DNA of 63,518 nucleotides, counting the filler, from Octopus bimaculoides (Eukaryota), in the NCBI RefSeq assembly GCF_001194135.2. It is 5 parts of 5 records of this genome, joined end to end, with 100 filler letters (N's around TTAATTAATTAA, not from the genome) between each part and the next. Parts side by side here need not be neighbours in the genome. Positions count along the whole stretch, not along the records: positions 8,234 to 32,414 come from NC_068981.1; positions 32,515 to 57,795 come from NC_068987.1; 3 more parts are not named here. One strand, 5' to 3'. The notes below the pieces were generated by a model that was given only the letters and a program-made list of their open reading frames with translations, was not told the DNA's origin and ran no database searches. Position numbers and translations under genes: made by a program. The stretch's first letter is position 1, and every line of letters starts with the position of its first letter. Positions 22,431 through 35,292 of the stretch are shown piece after piece.

Positions 22431-24134
22431 TATATATATATATAGGTTTGGACATTTTTGTTTGAATAATAACGATACGAACTAATGCACCATTCCTCCA
22501 TTCCAAACGCAGCTAATGCGTATGTACCTATAAACAAGTCTGTACGGAATTGTTTATGTATACATATGTGTATGTATGTATGTGTGGATGTGTATATTTA
22601 TGTGTCCTCCTCATGTATAATAAAATTAACAATTGATTCATTTGTGCGCATGTAATAACATTTGTGTATGTACATTTAAATGTACATATATGTATTTATG
22701 TATTTATGTTTATTTATGTATATCTATGTATATGTTAAAGTATGCATATATATGTGGGTTTTTACGGTTTTATATNNNNNNNNNNNNNNNNNNNNNNNNN
22801 NNNNNNNNNNNNNNNNNNNNNNNNNNNNNNNNNNNNNNNNNNNNNNNNNNNNNNNNNNNNNNNNNNNNNNNNNNNNNNNNNNNNNNNNNNNNNNNNNNNN
22901 NNNNNNNNNNNNNNNNNNNNNNNNNNNNNNNNNNNNNNNNNNNNNNNNNNNNNNNNNNNNNNNNNNNNNNNNNNNNNNNNNNNNNNNNNNNNNNNNNNNN
23001 NNNNNNNNNNNNNNNNNNNNNNNNNNNNNNNNNNNNNNNNNNNNNNNNNNNNNNNNNNNNNNNNNNNNNNNNNNNNNNNNNNNNNNNNNNNNNNNNNNNN
23101 NNNNNNNNNNNNNNNNNNNNNNNNNNNNNNNNNNNNNNNNNNNNNNNNNNNNNNNNNNNNNNNNNNNNNNNNNNNNNNNNNNNNNNNNNNNNNNNNNNNN
23201 NNNNNNNNNNNNNNNNNNNNNNNNNNNNNNNNNNNNNNNNNNNNNNNNNNNNNNNNNNNNNNNNNNNNNNNNNNNNNNNNNNNNNNNNNNNNNNNNNNNN
23301 NNNNNNNNNNNNNNNNNNNNNNNNNNNNNNNNNNNNNNNNNNNNNNNNNNNNNNNNNNNNNNNNNNNNNNNNNNNNNNNNNNNNNNNNNNNNNNNNNNNN
23401 NNNNNTATATATATATATATATATATATCGTTTTTGGAGTTGGTTTGCAAAATTCTTTATGTGAGTTCGTGTGTTGAAGCATATTCTGTTGAGTTCTACT
23501 TCGCAGGAGGGAAAATTTTGACACTGTGATGCAAAGAAAAATTTAATTAACTTAACTATTTGGGCGTAAGGAGGAGCCGATGTCTGCATGCAAATGTAAA
23601 ACATATCCGTGTCTGAAGGCATGTAAAAGAGAGACACGTATGCGTGTCTATTAGAGATATCTACGTGTTTCAAGGTGTGCATGTGTGGAAGTATAATGAC
23701 ATTGTATAGTGGAGATACAGAATAATGGCGCGTGTGTTTGTAATCGGTAGCTGGTGTGAAAGCTCGTTTGTGAGGAAGGTGGGTACAGGTGTGAATTCAG
23801 GGAAGAAATATATTGGTAGAACGAATGGGATGGCAAGTGGAATGGTAAAAATGTTATTGTCTTTTCTGTAAGTGTATATTAAAAGTAGGAAGGAGCGTGA
23901 AACCATTTTTAACAAAGACGAGTGATTTAGAATGAAATCTGAAACAGAGAGTGAAAAATTTGGCTGCTGTATTTTGCATGGCTAGTAAGGAGAGAAAAGG
24001 AAGGAAACTGTTTGCATATACATGCATACATACATGCATACGTACATACATACACACACACATATATTTATTTATTTTTGTACGTATGCATGCATGTATA
24101 CACATAGAGTTTCTTTCACTTTCTCTCCCTATTG

Positions 24135-24700
24135 GTCATGTGTAATACATACAGCAACCAAAGGTTTCAGAACGGCATAAGGACTGCTATGAATGGTTCC
24201 AGAAAACACAGAAACTCTTGCTTCGTATCGAGCTGGATGGCAAACAAAAGCGTGGAGTGGGGTGAAAGCGTTTGAAGAGGGCAGGATAACGCATGCAAAA
24301 CTCAAGAGAGATCGAAGGAAGAATGCTACGACCGAAAAACTGTGTGTACAGTTTGTGACAGATCGTTCCGTTCTTTTGCTGGGCTCAAATCTCATTTGCG
24401 AAGCCATGGAAATCGAACCTTCACCAACTATTCAACCTATATGTTTGTGCACACTTTTCAATGCAATGTATGCCGGAAGGTTTGCAGATCTATAGGAGGC
24501 CTCAAAAGATATTTTAAGGTCCACAAAAATCATAACTTACCTGAAGCTCCTGGTGGTCAAAATCGGAAATGCAATTTATGTGGGTGTCTTTTCAAAACAT
24601 TGTTTAGTTTAAAAACCCACATTAGATGCCATGACTGTTCTAAGGTGCAGGCACAGGAGGTGGTCAAACGTTTCATAACGAGTAGACAACCACCAAATAT
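24135..24700 (+). mobile_element. RTE-clade LINE 3' portion with three tandem C2H2-type fingers
   Basis: ASYRAGWQTKAWSGVKAFEEGRITHAKLKRDRRK (RTE C-terminus), then a frameshift into fingers at 24345, 24462 and 24570. Ends with an RTE-like tail ...ataacgagtagacaaccacc. Confidence 0.8.
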
Positions 24701-25551
24701 ATATTTATTTATATATAGATAGATAGATGAAGAGAGAGAAATAGATGAACTGGAGCATTAAAGGTACATACTTTGTTGGTGCACATGCGTACGTTTGTGA
24801 ATATGTATGGTTTTGTGTGTGTGTGTGTGTGTGAGTGTGCATACATGCGTGTTTGAATGGGTGTGTGTATATATACGTGCGGGATTAATCTGTTGCCACT
24901 AAGTATATGAATAGGCTGCAAGATAAGGACAAGGAAGAAATAAGTAATTCCTGTTTGGTGCTTTGCTTTACTTGTCTTTACTAACAGACCTAATTCTTTG
25001 GAGAAATGTTGTGAGAGAAAAGTAGAAACCAATATAAAACAGAATAGAAATGAAAATCAGTACGTTTTAGTTGAGAATCATTTTTGGCTAGGCACCAGAA
25101 CAGAGCTCTACAAATGAAAGGCGAGTGCTTGCTGGTCATGCGTAATACAGCAACCAACTTTTGCATCATTGATGATTTGTTTGTAAAAGGTTATGGTCGA
25201 AAACAAAAGAGAGTTGATTAGCCTTAGTGGCTGGCGCTATTTAGACTGCAAATTCTTATTTCTGTATTGGTATATATATATATATATATATNNNNNNNNN
25301 NNNNNNNNNNNNNNNNNNNNNNNNNNNNNNNNNNNNNNNNNNNNNNNNNNNNNNNNNNNNNNNNNNNNNNNNNNNNNNNNNNNNNNNNNNNNNNNNNNNN
25401 NNNNNNNNNNNNNNNNNNNNNNNNNNNNNNNNNNNNNNNNNNNNNNNNNNNNNNNNNNNNNNNNNNNNNNNNNNNNNNNNNNNNNNNNNNNNNNNNNNNN
25501 NNTATATATATACACACACACGTACTGACACACACACACTCACACACGTAC

Positions 25552-25588
<37 letters not shown>

Positions 25589-26033
25589 CATACATATATT
25601 CATACGTGTGTGTGTGTGTGTGTGTTGCTATTAGTTGATCTATATTACTGATGCTCTTTGAGGTGACTGCGTTGTTGTCACTGTCATTTATGTTGGAAAT
25701 ATATTGTTACTGAAGCCAGCGATGGTGGCGGTAACGATTAAAAAAGACAAGTATGACAACGAGGATGAGGGGACAATAGCATTATTTGATGATGCCGGTG
25801 ATGTGAAGATGAGTATGACGAGGATGATGATGATGGTTGGTGATAAACAGCAGCCGGATGAAGAAAAGGGTAGAGAGGAGGAAGTTAGGATGGAGTATTT
25901 ATAGATTTCCTTATAAATGACGACTGCACTGCGCTTCTGCGTTCTCTTATTGCGACTTTTCATGTGGTAACATGATATCACATGATGTAATTGTAATGGT
26001 GATGTTTCACATGGGTAAAAGAGAGATGAGGAC

Positions 26034-26093
<60 letters not shown>

Positions 26094-26719
26094 ACGGCGG
26101 CGGTGGTGGAGGATCAGGGTGTGGAGGAGGAGCAGGGTGTAGAGGAGCAGGAGGGTGTGGAGGAAGAGAAGGTGGACAAGGAAAATAATTATGAATGATT
26201 TTTATGGGGAAGAGGTTAATGATGTTGCTAATGAAGAATAGCAGAAAGGTATTGATGAAGATGATGGAGATGGTGATGACGACGACGACGATGATAATTA
26301 ATAATGATGAGGTTAAGGTTGATGAATATGATGATTCGGAGAAGAATATTGATGACAAGTGTGATGGTGTTGAGAAGGATATGGAGGCGAAAGAGCAGGA
26401 CCATAAATTAAAATATAAAGCCACACAAAGGTTAACTACTCTGCTCGCAGTCCATAAAGGGGCCCAGAAATGCACTTGCCCTTATCGAAAAACACTGTGG
26501 GTTCAGTGATGCAAATTACGCAGAACTTACTGCGCTGTTCATACTCTACTATTCACTACATTTGTGATGCCGAATTTTTTCCTATGAACGGTTTCTTTTT
26601 AAGAAATTTCCTGTTTCTCGCTGTTCTATGGATTTTGAAATGCGTGTGTACTCAATAAAACATTTTTTTTTTTTTAGAAAACAAAATTTCTCTTCGACTC
26701 TTTATCACTGAATTAAAAA

Positions 26720-27200
26720 GTATATCTTTTATCTTTTACTAGTTTCACTCCTTGGAATGCGGCCATGCTGGGGAACCGCCGTAAAACGTTTAGACCAGGG
26801 TTTCTCAACCGGGGTCAATATGGAGCCTGGTTGTCCATGTTAGATTTTTGGGAGTCCGCAACAATCTTTTCGGGGGTCATGAGAAATTGTCGTTCTGACT
26901 AATAAAATTTATGTGCAAAATATTGTAACAATTTTTATACAAGTCCTAATAATAGTTAATTATAAAAATGCAATAGGATTTTTTAAACATTGAAGGCTGT
27001 GTTGGTCCACCCAAGTAAAATAGGAATCAAAGGTGTCCACTGGTAAAATATAGTTGAGAACCCCTGATTTAGACGAACAACTCTAACCCAGTATTTAGTT
27101 ATTTTTTTATTAAAGGCCAATATTTATTCTATTGGTTTTTACCTGATTGAGTCGCTATGTTACGAGGACTTAAACACACCAACAACGGCAGCCAAGTGGT
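26720..27200 (-). mobile_element. SINE family A 3' half, interrupted by a hAT MITE
   Basis: gcggccatgctgggga...tttagac | MITE | atttagacgaacaa...ctattggttt. Confidence 0.75.
26796..27066. mobile_element. hAT-type MITE (271 bp)
   Basis: TIRs cagggtttctcaac / gttgagaacccctg. 8-bp TSD gtttagac / atttagac. Confidence 0.9.
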
Positions 27201-27549
27201 TGAGGGAGAAAAGCACAAGCCTAATACATATGTGTGTGTGAGAGACAGAGAGATTCTCTGTGTGTAAAGAGAAAGTTAGGTAGATAAATAGATAATAGAT
27301 AGATAGAGAGAGCGAAAGAGAGAGAGAACTAGATTCTTTCAGTTTCCGTCTATCCCAGTACTTATATTTAAGCCCAATACTTATTCTATCGGTCATTTTT
27401 TTTTCTTAGGCTGAACCGCTAGATTACGGGCTGTAAACAAACCAAGGGCGGTGACCAAGTCGACGAGGGAGAAAAGTACAAACAAAATACATACATATAT
27501 ATATATGTATGTACTTTGATTTGTTTACATCTCGTAATCTAACGGTATG

Positions 27550-27610
<61 letters not shown>

Positions 27611-27779
27611 GAGGTGTGTTCTGTTAAGAATGTATATGAGTACAAATAGAGCTCGTTCACCCTTAGAATTCCAAAATAGACGTTAGTATTCTTATGGTAT
27701 GCTACCAATTCTTGTTTTAGGTATTCCTCATGTGTGAAAATATAAAGTAAAAAGTAAGAGTCAAAAGGAAGAGTAATTA

Positions 27780-28014
27780 CGGTTAGGCAGCTTTTTAATC
27801 GCTAGAAATGTTTCGATACATACAGATCCTAGTTGCAGCATGGAAATCTAAATATTGGTTACGGAGACAGCAACTGAGTATCGACTGAGGAGATACATAT
27901 AGGTCTTCTTATGCAGGTAAATCGCTAAATAATTTAACTTACACTTTAAATCCTGTATATACGGGGATCTGTATGTATGGAAACATTTTTAGCGATTAAA
28001 CAGCTGCCTCACCG
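27780..28014. mobile_element. Tc1/mariner-type MITE (235 bp, ~50-bp TIRs, TA TSD)
   Basis: cggttaggcagctttttaatcgctagaaatgtttcgatacatacagatcc pairs with ggatctgtatgtatggaaacatttttagcgattaaacagctgcctcaccg. TA lies on both sides. Confidence 0.85.
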
Positions 28015-28297
28015 TACTTAATCTTCCTCTTGACTCTTTACATCTATCTATCTATCNNNNNNNNNNNNNNNNNNNNNNNNNNNNNNNNNNNNNNNNNNNN
28101 NNNNNNNNNNNNNNNNNNNNNNNNNNNNNNNNNNNNNNNNNNNNNNNNNNNNNNNNNNNNNNNNNNNNNNNNNNNNNNNNNNNNNNNNNNNNNNNNNNNN
28201 NNNNNNNNNNNNNNNNNNNNNNNNNNNNNNNNNNNNNNNNNNNNNNNNNNNNNNNNNNNNNNNNNNNNNNNNNNNNNNNNNNNNNNNNNNNNNNNNN

Positions 28298-28342
<45 letters not shown>

Positions 28343-28777
28343 GTATATATATATAACCTTAAATAAATGTAACACACCGATAGTTTATGTTTGGAGAGCC
28401 AGGTTTCTGCGACTTGTACTGCAGTAGTAGCTGCCATAAAAAGAAAGACTTATGTTGAAGTTGTTGATGCTGCTGCTACTGCTGCTACTAATGATGATGA
28501 TCATGATAATAATGATTTAGGCACAATACCGGCAATTTTGAGAGGAGGTGGCCACATGAAACATTTCCGTAAGTACTTCAGTAGTGCGATATTTTATTCA
28601 CCTAGAAAAATTATAGGGAAAGTGTGTGTATGTTTGTGCGTGCATATATGTGTGACACGTGTGTACGTGTGTGGGGGAATTGTAACTGTGTATGATCGAT
28701 CGATAAATCTCTACTGAAAGCGATTCTGCTTTGCTTTTCTCGCTCACTTTCTCTTTCACTCGCTCTTACGCTCTCTC

Positions 28778-28817
<40 letters not shown>

Positions 28818-30079
28818 CCACTTTCTCAGAGCTTAGATACTCAGAATACACCATACCACGGCAGTTCCTTCAGGAGATGAGATACCAAGGAATGACGGAT
28901 GAAACANNNNNNNNNNNNNNNNNNNNNNNNNNNNNNNNNNNNNNNNNNNNNNNNNNNNNNNNNNNNNNNNNNNNNNNNNNNNNNNNNNNNNNNNNNNNNN
29001 NNNNNNNNNNNNNNNNNNNNNNNNNNNNNNNNNNNNNNNNNNNNNNNNNNNNNNNNNNNNNNNNNNNNNNNNNNNNNNNNNNNNNNNNNNNNNNNNNNNN
29101 NNNNNNNNNNNNNNNNNNNNNNNNNNNNNNNNNNNNNNNNNNNNNNNNNNNNNNNNNNNNNNNNNNNNNNNNNNNNNNNNNNNNNNNNNNNNNNNNNNNN
29201 NNNNNNNNNNNNNNNNNNNNNNNNNNNNNNNNNNNNNNNNNNNNNNNNNNNNNNNNNNNNNNNNNNNNNNNNNNNNNNNNNNNNNNNNNNNNNNNNNNNN
29301 NNNNNNNNNNNNNNNNNNNNNNNNNNNNNNNNNNNNNNNNNNNNNNNNNNNNNNNNNNNNNNNNNNNNNNNNNNNNNNNNNNNNNNNNNNNNNNNNNNNN
29401 NNNNNNNNNNNNNNNNNNNNNNNNNNNNNNNNNNNNNNNNNNNNNNNNNNNNNNNNNNNNNNNNNNNNNNNNNNNNNNNNNNNNNNNNNNNNNNNNNNNN
29501 NNNNNNNNNNNNNNNNNNNNNNNNNNNNNNNNNNNNNNNNNNNNNNNNNNNNNNNNNNNNNNNNNNNNNNNNNNNNNNNNNNNNNNNNNNNNNNNNNNNN
29601 NNNNNNNNNNNNNNNNNNNNNNNNNNNNNNNNNNNNNNNNNNNNNNNNNNNNNNNNNNNNNNNNNNNNNNNNNNNNNNNNNNNNNNNNNNNNNNNNNNNN
29701 NNNNNNNNNNNNNNNNNNNNNNNNNNNNNNNNNNNNNNNNNNNNNNNNNNNNNNNNNNNNNNNNNNNNNNNNNNNNTATATATATATACACATACATACA
29801 TATATATATATATTTATATATACTTATAAAGATAGTGTCTCAAAATGTATATGTACTTCGACACCTTATATCTCACTTTGCATTGGCATTTAGAAATAGA
29901 GCCATTCTCTCAATAATGATCGTTGGAAGAGAAGAGTGTGTTTTGAGAGTGGTACTGGGCAAAATGTGTAGAAAATGTACATTATCGAATAAACCTCTGC
30001 TGAAATGATGAAGCTCAATTTACTTCCACAATTGCACCTACTGGGGACCAGAAAATCTGCATATCACATAGGGGCACAA

Positions 30080-30510
30080 TATTCTTTTATACTTTAGGCA
30101 CAAGGCCCGATATTTTCAGGGAGGCGGCGAGTTGATTAGATCGACCTCAGCACGCCACTAGTGCTTTATTTATCGACTCCGAAAGGATGAATGGCAAAGT
30201 TGACCTCGGAGGAATTTGAACTCAGAACATAAAGACAGTCAAAATATCACTAAGCATTTCGCCCGGTGTGCTGTTTCTTATTTCTTTACTGCCCATAAGG
30301 GGCTACACACAGAGTGAAAAAGCAAGGACAGACAAACAGATTGAGTCGATTATATTGACCCCAGTGCGTAACTGGTACTTATTTAATAGATACCGAAAGG
30401 ATGAAAGGCAAAGTCGACCTAGGTGGAATTTGAACTCAGAACGTAAAGACAGACGAAATTCCACTAAGCATTTCGCCCGACGTGCTAATGTTTGTGCCAG
30501 CTCGCCGCTT
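30080..30510 (-). mobile_element. Two tandem SINE family B copies
   Basis: Repeated ggcaaag(tt/tc)gacct..ggaatttgaactcagaac...aagcatttcgccc units. Confidence 0.85.
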
Positions 30511-30559
30511 TAGAGTGGCACTATATTAATTTACCACGAGTTACAGTATGGTGTGACTT

Positions 30560-30940
30560 ATCAAAAATATTGATTGGATCATTTGTCTTTCGACGGTACT
30601 TCAACTTCTCTTATCTCCTTGAACTCGCTGCAAGAATCTGTCATAACAAACCTTGAAGAGAAATTTGAAGACAAAGTTTTCTTTCTAGTAAGATGGGAAC
30701 ACCTCTTATACTACCATAGTAATGTATGGACTTATCTTGATGAGATATTGCCAAACAAATGAATTGTACTATGATGTGCAAGAGAACATTCTACGCATTC
30801 ACCAGATTTCACAGCACTAGACTTATTTGTATTGGGATTTTCAAAAGATAAATTGTAATGGTTACAAAACCGGGAACAGTCGACGAATTAAAGGCATCTA
30901 TCGAACAAGTATACGCACATGTACGAACGAAATGTTTCTT
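30560..30940 (+). mobile_element. Degenerate IS630-Tc1-mariner transposase (DD37D/maT-like) C-terminal part
   Basis: FDGTST..SLNSLQESVI...YYHSNVWTYLDEILPNK and HSPDFTALDLFVLG resemble the QQDGAPPH...WPPRSPDLTPLDFFLWG family. Confidence 0.7.
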
Positions 30941-31754
30941 GATGACTTCAATTCCACTGCTTCGCAGAGAGAGGGGTAAGTGAACTGAGAGACAGAAAGA
31001 GGGAGAGGGGAAGAGGGAGAGGGAGAGGGGAAGAGGAAGAAAGAGACGGAGAGAGAGAGAAGGAGAGAGAGAGAGAGAGAGAGAGAAAGAAAGAGAGAGA
31101 GAGAGAGAAAGAGAGGTGAGTAAAATAGATATACATATGATAGATGAGTGACCGAAAGATTTTCACATACTCTCGTTAAGAGACTACAACTAAAAATGTT
31201 TGAATTTATTTTTATCGCTAATTGATCTGTTTGTAGTTATAATTTACATTATTCTAATAGATATAATAGAGATACTTACATTCTGTTTTGTTAATAAATA
31301 TTCAGTAGTTAGCTGCATTCATATTTATTTCTAAACCTTAAGTCAATATTTCAAAACTACCATTAGTGATGTTAATATAAAAAAAAAACTGATCTAATAG
31401 AAATATTTGTGAAAAAATTCGAACGTTATAAAACTCAAATAAAGTATGCTTACGTAAGTATATGGTCTAATTAAGGTGAAATATTTGCATGAAAGCTACT
31501 TATGTAGAATAGCTAATATAAATTATGTCCTATGATTTTTTACTGTAAAAGTAACCACCGGTATTTTTCAGTAGTGAAAAACAGGTTTTCAAGTACTTAG
31601 AAAAACTTGGTTCTTTCATTTCTCTATTTCTTCTGAATTTTCTCTCGTTCTTCTAGAGCATTACTCTTTTGCAAAAATGTGTGTGTTTGTGTGCACGTGC
31701 GTGTGTATGTGAGAGACGAATTTTTGCAATGACAACAAAATATAGTATATACTG

Positions 31755-31975
31755 GAGATTTCGGCAAGCTAGCAGAATCGTTACCACGCGGGGCATAATG
31801 AGTAAAATGATAAGTGACATTTCTTCCGGCTTCTGGGTTCAAATTCTGCCATACTAGACATCGCATTTCAATGTCTCAGAATCGATAAAATAAGTACCAG
31901 TTGAGTACTGTGTATAGTCGGTTAGACCCCCTCCACAAATATTTCAGGCCTTGCTCCTATTGTAGATTGACAAGA
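31755..31975 (+). mobile_element. SINE family B
   Basis: ggcaagctagcagaatcgttaccacgcggg...gggttcaaattctgcc...gataaaataagtaccagttgagtactg. Confidence 0.8.
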
Positions 31976-32539
31976 AAATATTTTCATTGTTCAAGCTATC
32001 TACAAACAACGGACTACTCTTGCATGGATCTTCATCTTTTGAAACATACACAAACGTGATGGGGTTATTGACCAACTTCAAAAGAGTGAATTAATCCACA
32101 GAAACTGAATAATATAATCATCCTGGTTGGGGTTTCTATAAAACGAATAAAGGCCCATTACAAATATTTGAGTAACAACAACAATAATTGCTACAAGGAT
32201 ATTATAGTTCCACTTACAGCCTACATTTTTAAGTGTTTCCTGTTTCCTTTATTTTCTTGAAAATTCAAATTTGTCTCAGATCGTTGCTTAAACTCTTAAT
32301 AACTAGTAAAGTGCACTAAAGATTACAGAACCCAACAGAAATTTTGTTGTCAGGACTTTTTTTTCCCTGATTTGAAGGTTTCCTTTTATTATATATATAT
32401 ATATATATATATATNNNNNNNNNNNNNNNNNNNNNNNNNNNNNNNNNNNNNNNNNNNNTTAATTAATTAANNNNNNNNNNNNNNNNNNNNNNNNNNNNNN
32501 NNNNNNNNNNNNNNATATATATATGTATATATATATGCA

Positions 32540-32700
32540 CGAGGGGCTTGTTTCAGTTTCCGTCGACCAAATCCACTTACAAGGCTTTGGTTGGCCTGAG
32601 GCTATAGTAGGAGACACTTGCACAAGGCTCCATGCAGTGGGACTGAACCTGGAACCATATGGTTGGGAAGGAAGTTTCTTACCACACGCCCATTCCTGCG
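32540..32700 (-). mobile_element. SINE family A 5' half with an intact head
   Basis: The reverse complement begins agcgcaggaatgggcgtgtggtaagaaacttccttcccaaccatatgg. Confidence 0.85.
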
Positions 32701-33071
32701 CTATGTATGTTATGTATGCATTCAACAGGTGAGTTCTAGAGATTCTCAATATAGAAAACACGTCGTCGTTTGCATTTATAGCCGGAAAACTTCATCGAGG
32801 ACCACGTCCACGGGCTAAAGTGTTGCTATAAGAGGATTCCAGGTTATCAGATGTGGAGACTGTGATGTAGACAAACACAATTAGTCTTGATATATACAAA
32901 TATACATATATTCACATACACATGTAGATACACATAGTTATATAGATATATACATATATAGATGCATATACCTTTACGTATTCATATGTATGAATACATA
33001 TGTCTATAAGCTTGTACATATGTATTCATTTTCTGAACTTATTTAGTTCTGTCTATCTATCTATCTATCTA

Positions 33072-33110
<39 letters not shown>

Positions 33111-33174
33111 GCCTGTCTCTCTGTCTGTCTATCTATCTATCTATCTATCTATCTATCCATCCATCCATTCAAAG

Positions 33175-33450
33175 AGAGTACTTTACTCTAATGTACTTTT
33201 GTCCGAGGTTACCGTGGTCTTTTCGTAGGCTTTTCTCTCCACGGATAAACTCTGTTTTTTTTTTACATTTTTACTCCTTTCTGTGATACACGATCTCTTT
33301 TGATCGTTTTTTTTTTTAACACGATCCTTTTTGATCGGAAATTTTTCTCCTCTTTTTTTATATATTCTCTTCTAATTTTTTTCTTAAAGAAAACCTCTGC
33401 ATAGTATTTTGTCCTCTGTGTGTTCGGCCCAGTATGTCTAATAAAGAAAG
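33175..33450 (+). mobile_element. Probable L1/Tx1-type LINE 3' UTR ending in AATAAA
   Basis: U-rich tract with tttgatcg repeats ending ...ggccccagtatgtctaataaag. Family assignment is from recollection only. Confidence 0.4.
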
Positions 33451-33485
33451 TTATATATTTATCTATCTATCTATCTATCTATCTA

Positions 33486-33518
<33 letters not shown>

Positions 33519-34259
33519 GTATACACCCACGGTAGTGCTCCAGCATGACCGTAGCCGCATGGCTGAAACAAATAAAAGAATAAGAGAATATACGCGTATC
33601 TATATATTTCAAGCCTCATCGTGTTTATTTGCATGGAAGTGGCAGTTAGGTTTGCAATCATCCTCTCGAAATGTGACACTTAAAGACCATGGGCTAACTA
33701 ACAATGAAACTGACACGATATATATTCTTCCGTTGTCAGCACGCCTGGATAAGCCGAGGCTGCACAGTTTTTAGCCTTTTGTAAAAACCAAATTTAAAGC
33801 AAATCTGATTCATAGATTTTTGGTTAATCCTCCTGTATGAAAACGTTATTTCTTGCTCGTTTATGAAACTATAGTTTTGAGAATGCAAACAAAACCACAA
33901 AAATTGGAGCGGCAGATCAGTGCATTGAACCAGAATTCAGGTTCAAATTAGAGGTGGAACCGGATTAATGATAGTCGGCTGTGATCAACCACAATTTCAG
34001 TTCGTAGTTCCTATTTTTTTTTTATAACAGCCGCTGCCTGTTTTGGAGGCGCAGTATCAGAAGCCTGTAAGGAATTAGCAGAGATTCTTATATAGAGATG
34101 AATATTTTAATTTGATTTAAGACGAGATTTGTTGTCAACATATCCTTGAAACTACTGTTTGTTTAGAAGTAACTTTATTACGAAGATTTCGAAATAGGTT
34201 TCATATAGTGTTTTGAATTAGATTTAATCCAAAACACTGCTCTAAACAATATCATTGCG

Positions 34260-34396
34260 TCTTCCATTATTGATCTTCTTGTTGTTGTTGCTGTTTTGTT
34301 ACAGTTTTATTGCTGTTTTGTTATTGTTCTCGTTGTTATTGCTGCCGCCACTGCTACTACTGCTGTTGTTGTTGTTGCTGCTGCTGCTGCTGATGG

Positions 34397-34436
<40 letters not shown>

Positions 34437-34641
34437 GATTGTGTAGTTTTCGCACAACAAACAACGACTTTTAATATTGATTCCCTCAACAAAACAAAAT
34501 CATTATCACCATCATTGTTATTACCAGCATCACGATCACAATCATCATTGTCGTCGTCGTCGTCGTCGTCGTCGCTATGGTCGTTATCGCTATCCTTATC
34601 TTCATCGTCGTCGTTGTTGTTGGTGTTGTTGTTGCAGTTGT

Positions 34642-34675
<34 letters not shown>

Positions 34676-34700
34676 GATGATGTGTCTGAGGAGAGAGAGG
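34260..34700. repeat. Compound (GTT)n/(GCT)n/(CGT)n/(GAT)n trinucleotide array
   Basis: Directly visible. Similar arrays lie at 25790-26400 and 53290-53650. Confidence 0.95.
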
Positions 34701-34790
34701 GGGAGGAGGAAGATAGATTTCTTTCTTTTCCAAAATTATATTCAACAATAAAAACAAAATCATATATATGTATACGTATGTATGTATATG

Positions 34791-34824
<34 letters not shown>

Positions 34825-35251
34825 NNNNNNNNNNNNNNNNNNNNNNNNNNNNNNNNNNNNNNNNNNNNNNNNNNNNNNNNNNNNNNNNNNNNNNNNNNNN
34901 NNNNNNNNNNNNNNNNNNNNNNNNNNNNNNNNNNNNNNNNNNNNNNNNNNNNNNNNNNNNNNNNNNNNNNNNNNNNNNNNNNNNNNNNNNNNNNNNNNNN
35001 NNNNNNNNNNNNNNNNNNNNNNNNNNNNNNNNNNNNNNNNNNNNNNNNNNNNNNNNNNNNNNNNNNNNNNNNNNNNNNNNNNNNNNNNNNNNNNNNNNNN
35101 NNNNNNNNNNNNNNNNNNNNNNNNNNNNNNNNNNNNNNNNNNNNNNNNNNNNNNNNNNNNNNNNNNNNNNNNNNNNNNNNNNNNNNNNNNNNNNNNNNNN
35201 NTGTGTGTGTGTGTATATATAAATACATATATGTTTGTATGTATGTATGTT

Positions 35252-35292
<41 letters not shown>

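Noticed and set aside
24342-24722. Host C2H2 zinc-finger gene
   Set aside because: No TGEKPY-type linkers, directly continuous with RTE ORF2 sequence, and followed by an RTE tail.
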